NCBI RefSeq assembly: GCF_009914755.1
Contig: NC_060932.1
Source of the DNA: the human T2T-CHM13v2.0 reference genome, Homo sapiens
DNA length: 64,000 nt
Reading direction: 5' to 3' (one strand)
Shown: in pieces, positions 14,001 to 28,479 of the stretch
Numbering within the stretch: the first letter of the stretch is position 1
Layout of the letters: each line of letters opens with the position of its first letter
Notes under the pieces: generated by a model
Seen by the model: the letters and a program-made list of their open reading frames with translations, nothing else
What the model was told of the DNA's origin: nothing
The model's database searches: none
Translations under genes and position numbers: made by a program

Positions 14001-14959
14001 TATTTTTATTCTTTTGGAGATGGGACATACTATGCCTTTTCAAGTGCCAGCCCCTATAACCACTTCCTTCCTAGGCATCCTCCCATTTCCCCCAGTAGCT
14101 GTAGCTGTTTCTGCCTCCCTTCTAATCTGAGTTGCTAAAATTTGAGTGTGTCTTATGTGTTGGTTTATGACAATATTGGTTGTTTCTTCCCTCTGTATTT
14201 TCCATTGCAAAGGCTTAGTTCTCCACTAGTAGGAAATAGTCCTGTTGTCTCAATTATACTTGGGCTGTGCCCCAAGAAAATTTGATTCTCCAGGTGCAAT
14301 CAGGCAACAGGAACAATGTTGGGGAGGTGAGAGAGCTTGAGAAAGGTGGCTTTTGCTGGTGTGAGTCAATACAGCTCAGCTCCCCTGTGCTAAGTGGAGT
14401 TGCAAGTTCCAATGTGAGTCTGTGTGCTCACTCACTCTCCCCTGGCTCATCTCTCAGTGGGCTCCTTGGCTGGCAAGCTGGCATTACACAAACAGGAATG
14501 CTAATGAAATGCCTTTCCAAGATGGGTGCCAGGCAATTTAAACACAGAACTAGTTATTAAGGTTCTCTAATGGCATAAGAGAGTTGAGACTAAAGTCTGA
14601 GCTGGCCAAGGCAGAGAATGTTGTCTGGTATGGAGGACAGAATCCAGGCTGCACCAAGTAAGACATTGGTGACCTTAGGGAAAGTCCCTTCCTCTCTGTG
14701 GCCCTCTCCATGTGTTAAAGGAAAAAGTTCATTCATCCATTCAACATATATTTATTGAGCTTCTACTGTGTTCTAGGCACTGCTGGAGAGATGAACTCTC
14801 AGATGTATTATGTTGAAATCATTTTGTGAAATACATGACTGAAAGCTCAAATATGGTGAACTTGGGGACAGGAGTAGACGGACTGCATTATCTTAATCTG
14901 TGTAATCAACACATGGCAGAAAGCATGGTGCATAAGATGAGCTCTGGAAATATTTGGTG

Positions 14960-15830
14960 TTCTTTTAAAAATTCTGCTTTTGGCTTTCTTACTTTCTAAA
15001 ATGTTTGTATACTATTTTATTGATGTAGTTTTTCATATTGATTATTTTCTTCCTTCTATTTACTTTGGGTTTACTTTGCATTTCTTTTTTCAACCTTTGA
15101 AGGTGGAAACATGAACCACTCTTAGTCTTTTATTTTTATAAAGTTGTAAAATTTCCTCTAGCACTGCCTTAGTTATGAATAATTTTTTTATTTGCTGTGT
15201 TTTTACTATGATTGTTTCAAATACTTTAATGTCCTTTGTGATTTCTTTTTCAACCTATGTGCTATTTGGAAGTGTGTTGTTTAATTTCTAAATATTTGTG
15301 TATTTTATGTTTTTAGTTGTTGAATTCTAATGTATTTCCTTTGTACTCAGAAATACAGTTGGTAAGCACTGTGGTATTTCCTGTGAGCTCTGGAAGAGAT
15401 TGGCTCTATATATGTACAGCCCAGCTTCGGACCAAGGATCCACTCAGATTTCCCCATACAGCATTCTGAGGACTCTTGTCTGAATAGTACCCTTCTCTTT
15501 GTTAATTTGCTGTGCAAATTCCAGTTTGCATTCACAGCCCTCAACTTTAATCTCTGCCATCCCAGCTCAGCAACACTGCTGTGCTCTCCTTGGTCTCCAT
15601 CTCCTTGTGACATGCAGATCACTGAAAGTTCCCTACGGCAGAAGGTTGGGAAAACATTGAGCTCACCACATGTTTGCTTTTTTGCTAGCATTATAGTCCT
15701 CCTCCAAAAAATGCTTCACCTATTTTGTTCCGTTTCATAGTTGTTTACCTTTGTGAAGGGAGGAAGAACAGTCTAGGTAACACCCATACTCTGTTGCAGT
15801 CAAACCCAAAATATTACTTTTTAATTTAAT
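14960..15830 (-). mobile_element. Old L1M LINE fragments
   Basis: T-rich antisense L1 ORF2-like sequence (GAAGTGTGTTGTTTAATTTCTAAATATTTG). Confidence 0.55.
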
Positions 15831-17569
15831 CTTATTTAAGTTGCTAATATTGACATAACAAGGTGGGTTCTGGAAGTTTAGGTTTTAAAATACATGTTTT
15901 TTAATTTTCAAAATGTGCTTATTTTGTTTTTACCAGGGCCATCTTTTTAGGTTTTTAATTTAACTTTTCTTTGCATTTCTAATTGTGATTTATTTATGTT
16001 TATGCATTTTGAAGAAAAAAATTATTAAATCATCTTTTTCTCCATTTGTGAGCTTCCATCATTTCGAGCAACTAAGTTGTACCTGCAATTGCTATATAAA
16101 ACCTCTTTCTAACAATATCTGAATAGTGCTTTTTACTTGATGCTTTTTAAAGGTAACATAAAGAACTAGTTACAAATGACTAATTTAATACATAAGATCA
16201 ACTCTGAATGACTTACTAATTGGTTTGCTTAAGCACAATGTTATCTTCTCACAGTAAAATGATATCCTGATAAGGCTATAACAGGTCGATGCCTCCCATC
16301 TCAGCCCACTCAGGTGACAGTGAGTCCTTTAGTAATGTATTCTGGGTAATATTGCTGTCTTGTGCTTGCTTAGATGTTCTTACTAACTCATGTCTGATTT
16401 TACACATTTTGCTGAATCTCTTCTGTGGTTCATGCTTGCCCATGCCAGGTGTGCCAAATAATTCTGTTTCAGATAAGTCACTACCTTGTATCTGTGTGGG
16501 AAGTGTAACTCCAGAGACTTCCCAAATTCTTTGTTTGTAATTCCTTATAGAACACCAATTATGAACAGCTTTCATTTATTGCACTTTTAAAAAAGCTATT
16601 TATGTTTCTATTGCCTATTGCATTCATCCATACAAATGCTGAAATTTGAAGGATTTTTTTTTCCTCCTTCAAAGTATACTCTGCAAAATTACTTTGCTTA
16701 AGCTCTTTGTTATCTAAGAATGGCTTCTCTTCATGGCAAGAAGAGGGGGTTAGGCTGCTTGGGTTTGGATGAAAAAATAATACAAGTTTATGCTCTCTAA
16801 AAAAAGCCTGTTTCACTTGGTCAAAGGTTATTGATGCTACACTTAATTCCTGTCTCATATTGTAAAATAATTCCTAGATGTAATCATCTTAGGTTTTGCC
16901 TTTACTTATTTAATACTCATTTAAGATGGCAAACATGATTTAGTAACATTTATTTTGGTTATTTGAAAGCTTTTTTTTCTTACTTATTGATTCTTTCATA
17001 TATTTCTAATAGATAAGACTGCTAGCGCAGTGAATTCTGGTAGATGAGGTATTATTCTATCTTCTACTCACTTGTATTGATTCATCCAGGGGATAGAATT
17101 TAAAATCACAAATGCTACTATTTTAGGGAAAAGAATCATACTTCATACTCTGGAGGATACAAAATAAAGATTTCCAGTGCTCAAGTTGCTTAAAACATAG
17201 ATAAAGGTCAGGCAAAATTACATGAAAATTAAATGACAACTCAAATTTTTTAACTGGAAAAAATTAAGGAAATTTTGTAAAAAATAAATGGTTGGGCAAA
17301 TAATGTGGACAGTTCATAGAAGAAACTGAGATTGGAGTGGCTAAAAAAGCTTTTTATAGAGACTGTGTTGTCAATTGTATAACCTTTGTATACTTATTAT
17401 ACAAAGAAAAAAACCCTTGCTGCTTAAACCCTATGATTGTGTTTCTACGCAAAGGTTTAAAAGGCTCTTTGTTCTTTGAAATACAACTGGCCATGCTGTC
17501 TAAGTTACCGTCATATCTCCAACCTATTTAATTCATAACATCTCATCCCTCTGCTCTCTTTGCTCATCT

Positions 17570-17708
17570 TTTCATGTGCTTATTGGTTATTTGTATACCT
17601 TCTTTGGAGCTATGTCTATTCAAGTCCTTTGCTCATTTTATAAATGAGTTGTTTGCCTTTTTGTTGTTAAGTTGTAATAGCTTTTTATATTTCTGTATTC
17701 TGGATACA
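17570..17708 (-). mobile_element. L1M ORF2 3' fragment
   Basis: TTTTCATGTGCTTATTGG...TGTCTATTCAAGTCCTTTGCTCATTTT is antisense L1. Confidence 0.75.
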
Positions 17709-18054
17709 ATAGAGAGCCTCATGCTTTCTAGAGCCCCAACTTTCCACTTTCATTGTTGCCTCCTCACTCGCAAGGCTGTCCAAGCTTCCCTTGATGCCAA
17801 CAATGGGTTCAGCTCCATATTCTAATTCCAAACAAGGTTGCAGGCCACCATGGACTTCTATGTCCAGGTCATAAGTGCTGGGATAGGCTCCAACCACCCA
17901 AGACCCTGAACTGAAATAATGGGGTAAATAATCTTATTTGAAAGACTATATATATGAAAGATTTTTCATATATATGAAATATTATATATGAAAGATTTTT
18001 CATATACATTTTATATATATAAAAATATATATGAGAGAAAGAGAGAGAGACAGC

Positions 18055-18245
18055 ACACTCACATTTGTTTCAGTGTTTACCATTAGAAGTGCTTTGGTTT
18101 TTTTTTTAGAAGTTTGGTGATGTTTCTGTGACCAAAAATATGCTGTAGGAAGTTTGTTTGTATCAATGAACCTATTTTGTTATAAATCCTTTCACTTAAA
18201 GTCACAGTTTTCAAGAACCTGTGGATGACATCGAGGACTTGTTGT
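18055..18245 (-). mobile_element. Tigger-type DNA transposon remnant (MER82-like)
   Basis: TCACTTAAAGTCACAGTTTTCAAGAACCT...GAGGACTT resembles the MER82 terminus. Confidence 0.6.
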
Positions 18246-19761
18246 ATTTTCAATTCGTCCTCTTGTTTAATCCACATTATTACTCCATGGAGTAGATACA
18301 GTAATTTTTATTTATATTTCATATATGAGACTCAGTTATTGAGTAGGGGAAGGTATAACCCAAGACTTCTGACTTGGATTCTAATGCTCTTTCTTTCACC
18401 CTCTACCTCATTTGGAGGTCTAAAAATTGGAAAACAAGACAAAGAGGATATAAAAGATAGTGTAAGACTTTTCTTACATAAAAAAAAAAGAGTCAGAAAC
18501 AAAACCTTCATTTTTCAATGTGAAGGAAGTTTTTTTTGTGTGTTTTTGTTTTGTTTCCCCATGGTTTTGAGTTTTCCAACTTTCTTGCTTTCCCTCCTGG
18601 GCTAAAAATCCCATAAATTTCCTTCAACTGATTTCCAGCTCAATTATGCAAACTCAAGAGACTTGTGTAGCTTGAATGCATTAGAAGATAACCCTTAATT
18701 AGTGATGCTTGGGTGAAATCCTCAGGCATTGGTATCTCATTTGTTTTACTGGGGCTCTGGTATTTTACTTAAAGGATCAGCAGTGTGTAATAACAAGGTG
18801 AATTATGTGGTCATGACCTGAAACTCATTATGATTATCATAAAACTTTTGATTCTTTCCCCTTCCTTTGCCAAAGTCCTTGGAATAGGGGAATAACTTAG
18901 AATGTAAAACCACTGTGCCTCCAGATCTTTCTGACACAAATTCACTCCACAAATATTATCTATGCATGATCATAAAGCAATGATACTTCTTTTCTTTTGT
19001 CTAGGATGTGGTTATAAGGCACTTTGTTCACTAAAGTAGGACATGGATGACTGGAGGTGTCAGAAACAGGAATGGTACCTGCCCAAGGAAGGAGGGAAAG
19101 CTGGGGTGGACAGATGGCTGGTATACCTGGGATCTGATAGGGAAGGGCTAGACAGGTGGCTGGTACAGCTGGGATCTGAGTTTAACAGAAGTGCACAGGG
19201 ATCTACTCAGAGGAAATGATTGAAAAGCCTGTGGGTTAACTGCATCAGGGACAACTGTCCACAAATCATGAAGCCCCAGTATCTGAGCTGAGTTGAAGGG
19301 CAGAGAGGAAAAGAAGTTAGGAAGGGCAAAGAAAAACAGGACAGTTTTATAGGAGTTAGATGCTTGAAACAAGAATTTGAAACAAGCTCAAGGAACATGT
19401 CAGAGATTCAGTTAACTGGAGTGGAGAATGAGATCCTGGCAGAACCAGTAGCGAATATTTCTTTATTCTGTATCTATGTATTAGACAAAACCTGCTCATA
19501 TCACATCACAGGTAAGAGTAAATTTATCCATTAAATTCACAAAGGCTTTTTGAGCACTTATCATGTTTGTAGTAGGTGATGGGAATTCAACAGATGAAAC
19601 AGAAAGGCATCCTGCTGTCAGGCAGTTTATATCCTAATGGAGGGCTAGAGACAATAAACATAATAAATAGTTGAAGTTAAATAGAGATGACATTTAGTAT
19701 GTAAAAGGTATTGTGTAATGTGAAAAACGGGTTTAGGATAAACAATATTGAGAGTGCTAGG

Positions 19762-20188
19762 TGTTCAATCAAAATGAATGCAGACTTAGGTAAATGGAAA
19801 CTTTAGTTAAACAGCAGGGAGAATGCTTCCATCTCAGAAATCTCAAGTGTCTCAAAGTCAAACAGAAGAGGACATATCTTTTGGAGAGAGGGAGAGGTAA
19901 AACTGACAGGGAAGTTTGTAGGGGCAAAAGGCAAGAGGGCAGGGTAAGAAGGTGGCAAAATCAGGTTGCTTCAGCAGAGAAATGTTTTTCTTTGTGGTCG
20001 GCTGATTCTCGGAATGAGTGTTGAGGAGGATATTCTGCACCTGAGGTGCTTAGTGCTTATTTAAACTTGAGGGCAAGTCAAAATGTAGGGGCCTGTAGGG
20101 AGGGGAGAAGTCTGGCTGAAGTTTGGTCAAGCCAACGTTAATGGGCAATGGTGAGCCCTTGATCACCAAGGAGACTGTTTATGTGTCA
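19762..20188 (-). mobile_element. ERV1 solo LTR (MER67/MER31 group)
   Basis: TG...CA ends; CTTGACCAAACTT motif on the - strand, shared with the MER31 LTR at 33404. Confidence 0.55.
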
Positions 20189-20384
20189 TATTCAGTAGAG
20201 TGGTCCAGGAAGAGCTCATTGAGAAGGTGACATAATAGCAGAGTTGAAGTAAGTGAGAGAGCAAAGTCTAGAAAGCTGTGAGGAAGCAAAACATGCTGAT
20301 ATCAAGAGAAAAGCATTTTAGGCAGAGGGAAAAGCTACTGCAAGCACTGAGGTAAGAGTGCAGCTGTTGTGTTTGAAGAATAGG

Positions 20385-20970
20385 ATTTTCCAGAGACTTC
20401 CCTGATAATATCTTCTATCCCACATGCTCCTTTGCAATGTGACCTTGCCATGTTACCATGAGCAAGTGGAGTTTATTACTCCATGCCCTCAAATCCTGGC
20501 AGGACTGGTAACTGCTTTAACCAGTAGAATATGGTAGAAGTGTTGATGGGCCAGTTCCAAGCATAGTCTTTAACTGGCTTGGCAATTTCTACTTCCTGCC
20601 TCCTATAACACTTGCTCTTGGGACTCTGACCCTCAGAACACTGAATGCCATAGCTGCTATGCTATAAGAAGCCCAAGGCATGTGGAAAGGCCATGGCCAG
20701 AGGCATGTAGGTGCTCTTGTCCACAATCCCAGCTCAGCTCTCAGCATCAACTGTCAGTCACTGGAGTGAGCAAGCTACCGTGGACATCAGCCCATGGATC
20801 CTTCAGATGACTTCAGACTCAGCTGACATTGGACTGTAACCACACAAGAAGCCTTAAAGCACAAATGCCCAGTTGAAGTCAGTTAATCCACAGACCCAAT
20901 AGAGAATATAACAAATTGTTTTAAACTGCTTAATTCTGGGTGGCTTGTTATGGAGCAATAGATAACTAAA
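20385..20970 (+). mobile_element. MaLR MLT1 LTR
   Basis: Ends in 'TTTTAAACTGCTTAATTCTGGGTGGCTTGTTATGGAGCAATAGATAAC', typical of MLT1. Confidence 0.75.
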
Positions 20971-22389
20971 ATAAATAAAAAGGAGAACATGGTAGCTAGA
21001 GGAATGTGAGCAAGAGGGAAATTAGCAGGAGATGAAGTCAGAGAGGACTTGGGAAGTTCAATAGGATATTTTCTTGTAATAACTTTGAGTTTTGCTTTGA
21101 GTGAAAGAGAGAGCTGTTCTGGGGTTGTGAAAGAGGAGTGCCATGATCTGACTTCCATTCTAAAAGGAGCCCTCTGGCTGCCATGTGGGGAATAAACTGT
21201 GCATACTTTGGTAACAATTCAGGTAAACAATGGTAAAGGGGTGGGAGATGAGAAGGTGTTGCTGTCTGTAAATATTTTGAAAGTAGAGCACAACAGTGTT
21301 TCCTCACAGATTGAGATATAAGAGATGAGATTGCCAATAATGTTTGAGATACTAGAAAAGGATGTGTCCATTTTGAACTGAGATGGAGAATACTGCTGGA
21401 AGGCAGGCTCAAGGAAGAAGACTAGGGGTATATTCGTTAGAAACACTGTTGGCCTTCTCAGTGGAAACATCAAGTAGGCAACAGGATACCATAACTTTGG
21501 AGCTGGTGAAGGTGTCAAGGTTGAAGATGTAAATACGGGAGTCAGCAACATGTGGGATTTTTAAAGTCATGAATTAATGAGATCCCCTAGGGAGTGAATG
21601 TAGTTAAGAGAAGAGAAGAAGACTGACTGATCCCTAACACTTTGCAGATAAAGCAACTGGGAGGAGACAAAAAATTAGCAAATTAGACTGAGAAGAAACA
21701 GTCAGTGACATAGGAGAAAAACCAAGACAAGGAATGTGCTGGAAATCAAGCAAAGGGAACATTTTTAGTAGGAAGAAGTTATCAGCTGGATCAAAAGCAT
21801 TTAGGTCAAGTAAGAAGAGAACTGAGAATTGACCTCTGTATTTAGCAATGTGTGGTCTTAGCAGAATCATCTAATTTCCTCTTTCTGTTTCTCCTCATAC
21901 ACAACGCAATATTTACTGAGCATTTACTATATGTCAGGTACTTCCCAGGCTTTGGGGATAGTAAACCAAATAAAATGTTCCCTCAAGGAGTTTACAACCG
22001 TTCAATCGATTAAACAGTATTTACTGCACAATTACTACGTGTAAGACACTGCACTAAATACTATGAGAGATATAAATGTGGTGTAAGACATGTGTTTAAC
22101 CTAATCGGAAACTTTAGACAGAAACACACAGACTTGTAAATTGCAGTACAAACAAAGCCAACGAGAAATGCCAAAATGAAGTATAAACTTTCAATAAATG
22201 GCAGCATATAAGACTAAATGCCCTGTGATGAAAGGATAAGTAGTCTAAATTGCAAAAATGTAGAAAAGCTTCATGAAAAGGCACACAAATAAAAAAGTGC
22301 AGGGTTGGGGAGCCTATGATATAGACATTGGAAGTCAATAAATGAGCAACTCTGAGGAGACCAGAAAATGAATATAAAAAATAAGTGCA

Positions 22390-22712
22390 ACAACGTGGGT
22401 GAACCTGAAGGACATTTTGCTAATGAAATAAACCAGTCACAGAAGGAAAGATACAGTATGATTTGACTTACACAAATATCTAAAATAATCTCATAGAAGT
22501 AGAGAGTGGAAAGGTGGCTTCCAGGGGCTGGGAGGAGGATGAAATGGGGAGTTACTGTTCGATACGCATAAAGTTTCAATTATGCAAGAAAAACATGTTC
22601 TAGAGATCAGCTGTACAACATCGTGCCTATGGTTAACGATATTTTACACTTACAAATTTGTTAAAAGGACAGGTCTTATGGTAAATGTTCTTACTGCCAT
22701 AAATGACAACAA
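22390..22712 (+). mobile_element. L1M 3' UTR fragment
   Basis: GCTAATGAAATAAACCAGTCACAGAAGG...TTCTAGAGATC.GCTGTACAAC. Confidence 0.8.
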
Positions 22713-24752
22713 AAATTTATTAATTATGAATTTCTTAAAAAGTAAGTGGAGCTACATCAAGAATGGATGGGGCCACTTGTATGACTTTGGAATTTGACCT
22801 TTTCTGTGCTATGGCAAGGGTGGAGTTTGGGGGATGAAGAAGTTTTAGACCATTGGATATATCATAAGGTTTCTATTTTAGGATAATTCAATCTAGTGGT
22901 GGAAGTTAGGATGGAGTGTGGATGGGGGATGACAGGACTCAGAAATAACACCACTGACATGGATTGCCACTTAGAATAATATAGGTATTTTAAAGCCTTT
23001 TCAGTCTCATGGAGGCTTTCCCTCTCCACTGATGTGTGTGTTCTTGTACATTTAGGGTGGGGTATGTGTGTGTTTAAAAAACATCTCTTTCTTAATGCAT
23101 TAATTTGTAGGTACTCAGTTTTTGCTGCCAGAAATGGAATCCATTCATTTCACACTCTGGCTGTCACTAGTATTTAAGAATTTAACTGCAACGCTTGGGG
23201 TTTCCTTAGATTCTACAACAAAAAGAGCTTAATTTGTTTCAGGATTTACTTTTATCCTATTTTCTGCAGCACTGAATTTCATATTAGCCATATACTCTCG
23301 CCCATAGACAAAGTCCATGTGAAGGAATGCTGGAGAGACAACTGCCTGGCAGCAAAATGGACTGTGCCCTAATTTTACAAAAACTTCTTCTTAGAGGTTA
23401 TAGAGGTGAGAAAAAAAAAACTGTATGTGTTGCTAGCATGAAGTTTGGTCTAAATGTGAAGTAGCCTTGACATCTGGCAATTTGCAGACATTTTGTACAT
23501 TATAGGTACTGTAGTTCAAGGCTGGTCATAGGACCAGTGGACCAAGAAACAGGGATGTGGTTTGGGGGGCGAGGTAGATTCTCTCTAAGAGCAGTCAACT
23601 GTTATCAATTTTATGAAAAGATCAACATCTAAGAGTAAGGCCGGCCAGGACAGTGCATTTAAGAGTTAACCATGTCTTTTCTCAGAAAACGTGACAAAAA
23701 AACAAGTCTGGGAAAGTAATTTTTTTGTTCTCTTTGTGGTTTGGAGCTAAAAAGTGTAAATGGGTGGAGGTACGCTTGAGGTTTACATCTTCTTTTGTTT
23801 TTGCATAAAGATTTTAGTTCTTTATACTCTTGGGCACCTTTTGCTTACATACATCCCATTGGAGGTCAGCTTTGCCCTGCATGGACAGCAAACCACAGCA
23901 CATAAAAAGTGCCACCAAAACAAAGTGAGGCTAATGTCACAGATACCACTAATTCCCCAAAGCCTAAAAGGGATGCTTACATTTTTCTTGTCCTTTAGTC
24001 TAAAATGTAGCTTTAGCCCAGAAGTTAAAGGGACAAGTTATCTTGTCATATCTATGAATAACAGAATGAAGTCCATAACAAAGTTTTGAAAAACTGTATA
24101 GATTAAAAATAATAATAATAGTAACCTCAGGACTATTGATACAAATAGGCAAACTACTGGTCAACCAGCAGCTGTATTTCCTAATGTTACACTTTGCCTA
24201 CAGTTCTAACTTGTAACTACTAAACAGGAAGGTATTTTTTCCTTTCTCTCAGCTCACCCACCTCCTGTAATTTCTCTTACATTGACAGTAAGCAATTACA
24301 ATACCTGCAAAAATAAAATGATAGGCCCCTAAAATGTATGTTTTGTATAACCACAACAGAAGGAAGAATCCCTAGCTTCCCCAAGACCAAATATAATTTT
24401 ATTCAAAGCTTCTCAAACTACCTGTGGGAAAAGGATAATTTTATTTTTTTAAATTTCTAATGCTGATTCTTTCATAAAATAGAATAAAAATCAATTACTA
24501 CAAAAATTATTAAAAGGGCATAAAATGCAGCTCTTTTTTATCATCAGATTCAACAGACATGAAATTTCTTTGCCAAATGTCTATAAAAGTTTCTAAAGAC
24601 TTACTCTCAATTTCAGTACTCATCTTGTCAGAGATAAACATTTGCAGACTTGCATTAGCCTGTTGATGGCCTTGGAATATCACCTTTCTACAGTTAAATA
24701 TTCTGAGTGAATATTGTGATTAATCTTTTTTTGAATGCACATTAATTGAAAT

Positions 24753-24785
24753 CTATGTATGTATGTATGTATGTATGTATGTATG

Positions 24786-24825
<40 letters not shown>

Positions 24826-24900
24826 ATCTATTTATCTATCCATCCATCCACCTGTTTATCATCTATCTATGATTTACCTATCTATCCATCATCATCCATC
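24753..24900 (+). repeat. Compound tetranucleotide STR (TATG)n(TATC)n with degenerate (CATC)n tail
   Basis: Visible in sequence. Confidence 0.95.
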
Positions 24901-25061
24901 TTTACTATGTATATTATTGCTTCCCTAGTTTGAGGTCATATGCTTAAATGCTATTTTATTCTATTTTCTTTTCTAAATTTGTTAAACGTGTGGCTACAAA
25001 AACATCTCTCACTAATGGATCCCAAACCAATTGCAAGAATGCTGGGAAGAATGTGTGCAAC

Positions 25062-25086
25062 GTGTGTGTGTGTGTGTGTGTGTGTG
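25062..25086 (+). repeat. (GT)n microsatellite
   Basis: Visible in sequence. Confidence 0.9.
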
Positions 25087-25744
25087 ATGTTGGTTATGCC
25101 TATAACAATTTACTGTAATGTGTTAAGAACTTGTGGGAGAGTAGTCACTTGGCTCTGGTTAGTGAATGTTCTTTTTATGTTTTCTGACTGCAGATTTTTA
25201 AGTAAATGATAAAAGTCACATTAAAAAGTGAATCTGTTTATATTTTAGGCTTCATTTCCTTTATTTCTTAATATTAATCTTAAGGGTAATCTTTTGATGG
25301 CAGAAATGTTTTTGGATATTCTTTGGTTGTACCTCAAGGTTTTCACAATGAATAGCTCAGCTGACCAATCTTTTTTCTTTTTTTCCGATGCTTTACTGCT
25401 CTTGATTTTTTCGTCACAGTGTTCATTTTTTAAAATTATGTTCCACTTAGTTTGAATTTTAAATTATTTATTACTTCTCATTTTTAAAGGTGAAGGACTT
25501 AGGTAACAATCTTTTTCAGTCCCTATGTCTTAATTCTGTTTTCTATGACCTGCAGAGACCAAAATTAGCATATCTAGGACTTACCACTCCTTGAAATTGC
25601 TTTGTTTATCCTAGATTTGTGTTGATTTTCATCTAAACCTTTGTCTTCTGAAAGTCTAAAAGGCAAAATCTGAAGCCATTCATCTTCTTGTATCTTTAAT
25701 GTTACTTACCTTCCTCCTGGACTCGTGTAAGATTATCCTTGCAT

Positions 25745-26318
25745 TTGGAGGGGAGGGAAAAATATTTTTCCATCTACTCTCTTCTAGATTCTCAGTTGAA
25801 GCTCTGCAACAAAAGATAGATTAATGAGCAAAAAACCAACAGAAGTTTACTAATGCGTATATCTCCTATGTACATGAGAGAAACTCAGGGATGAGTAGCT
25901 TAAAGGTTTGGTTAGAACTCGGACTTATATAGCAAAGGAACAATAAATTTTTAAAGAAGTGACAAGACAGAGGAAAGGGACCTTTAACCTCTAGGGATAG
26001 TAAATTGTGGAAATGCAAATATATGAAAAACTAGTCATAGATGAAGTCTAGTTGGTAAAGTTTATTATGCAGATCCTTCTGGTACCGTCCCATCTCCAGG
26101 ATGACAAGGTTCTACAGTTGTCTCTGGTGATTAACTGTCGTCCTTCCTGGTACAGAGGTCAAGAGGAGCACTTTTGCAAATTTACTTCCTAATTTTAGGA
26201 AAACAGGTGGAGGGTGGAGAGCTTTTTTTTTTTTTTTGGGGGGGGGTTATCTATTTCTTCACAATTTTTTTACTCAAAATTGTTATTATGCCAAAGTGGC
26301 ATTTTTGCTACCTGTGAC
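25745..26318 (-). mobile_element. ERV1 (MER4-group) solo LTR
   Basis: Motifs AAAAGATAGATTAATGAG and CTCAAAAT..TATTATGCCAAAGTGGCAT are characteristic of MER4-group LTRs; subfamily uncertain. Confidence 0.55.
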
Positions 26319-28479
26319 ATTTAAGGTCATAAAACTTAAAAATTAGAGGAAAATTTTTCTCTTCCAGTGTTACTTCTAAGAAAAAAATCAATGGCAAATT
26401 AAAATTAATGTCCACATGAGATTTCATATCTGGGATTTTAAAAGTAATATGCAGTGAAAAATCACATCTCTAATTACACAAAAATAAATACAGATCATGG
26501 AATAAAAACAAGAGCTAAAGAGTAAAGAGAAAAACGAGATAAAAACACATATGAAAATCTATTCTGAAACAGCACCTGGATTTGAGAAGAAAATTAAGTT
26601 GCTTTCTTGTATAGCATGGTAATTAAGAGCGTGGACTCTGGAGCCAGATATCTATGTTCAAATCTATCTGACACCATTAATGTAATTGTGACTGGTGTCA
26701 AATAACCTCCTTAAGTCTGAAGTAAGTGGGGATAAAAAGAATACCTTTCTCATGGTATCATGAGGAATAAATGATTTAATACATTTAAAGTGTTTAGAAT
26801 AGTGGCCTAGGAACTCTAGGTATAAAGATGAATGTGACATACTTTATGTTCTTTGAGAGCTATCAGTAACTCTTATAAGCAAAATGTAAAACAGTGAAAG
26901 TTAAATGCTAGAAGATGGATAAATGATGGACAGATAGATGAGCATAGCAGTGTGGACATTAGAGTATCTATTCAATAAATAAAGAAGCTGAGACCCAAAG
27001 AGTTTGTGATCTTTCGGCTAGCAAGATCACAGGCTGAGAATACAACTTCTTTAGCCATCTCCAAGGAGAGAACCAAGGAGGGAGGCTTTTTTCCTCTGTG
27101 CAGCATAAGCTCAGTTTCTTTACCTACTAGATGTATGGTCTTTGGGAAGTTGTTCAGCTGCCCTGAGCCTTAATTTCTGTATCTATGAAACAGAGATGAT
27201 AATAGTATTTGCCTCTGAAAATTGCTGTGAGTATTAAATGAGATGATATGTATAAAGGGCTGTGCAGAGTGCCTGGCTTACAGCAAGCATTCAATAGATT
27301 TTAAGCTCCATTAATAGTAACATAAATATTTTATTTCATCTCAATACTATTTGTGGAGAGTAGATTAGATACCTAGAGATACATAGTCAAGATTAGTACT
27401 ATTTTTCTATCCAATTTTTGCTTCTGAGTAGAGAATACAAGACAGAAACAATCAGAAATAATAAATACATAGAGATAAATACTACAATTACAAGGCAAAG
27501 TCTTCCCAGAAGAAGTAATTAATTGCAAAACGAAGTGACATGAGTTTTCCTCCTGTCTCTTTAAGCTCCCACAAGAGGCTATAAAATGCCTCAAAATACT
27601 CCAACATATGTGTTTCAGAAAAAAAGAGAAGAAAAAACCTCTGGACAATGCAGTCTATGTAAAGTCTCTTGGGCAATTCCTGGCACCCAAAAGGTGTTCA
27701 ACATAGTTTGAATTGCCTCTTTATGTAAATGTTTCTATGCCTTCTCCACAAATACCCAATGTCCCCAAAGTAGGTTTGTCAACCTCAAGGTCTGAGTAAT
27801 GCCAAAAAAGAAAAAAAAACGAAACACCTGTCCTTCGTAGGGGAAAGTTATGGCATTCATTTGCACACAATTTGGATTAATAATAAAGCATCTAGAAATA
27901 TGTGCTTTTAAGGGCTGGTTTTAAAATATAATATGGTTAAGCCTCTGAAAGCTGTTGGGTTTTTTTTGAAAGACGATTGTGGCCTGAATGATAATGAGTG
28001 TCACTGACAACTAAATAAGTTAGAGAACTCTTGGAAGCAAGACTTATGATAAGAAAAAATCACAATTAGTTCTACAGTGCAGAGATGATATTCTGTAAGC
28101 TGTTCAGTTGCTAATTCATGGTGAGTTCCCTGAGGCCTGGGGATGCACAGCAACCTGTATCCGGCACTGGAGGCAGCCCGTGAAGTGTGGGGTAGAACCC
28201 TGTTCAGGTGCTCAGGTTCCCATAAAAAGACAACACATACACTCACAAGTCAACCAAATTGCATAGTCCAAGGTCAATAAAAATTCTCTAATGAGGAATT
28301 ACAATGCAGAATGCGATTCAGGCCAGATAAGAGGCATAAGCAGGAACTTCTTTGAGTTATGGGGACAAGAAGGCATTGAGGAATGCAAGGACCAGGGAAG
28401 GTTTTATGGAAGAGGTGAGATCTTGAGCTGAAACTCAGTGGATGCTCAGCAGCAGGAGATGGCATGAAAGAGTTGAGTT

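Larger units (their letters stand above)
19520..21870 (+). mobile_element. Long L2 LINE remnant interrupted by two LTRs
   Basis: Purine-rich L2 ORF2/3' sequence (ATATTTTGAAAGTAGAG, GAGAACTGAGAATTGACC). Confidence 0.7.
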
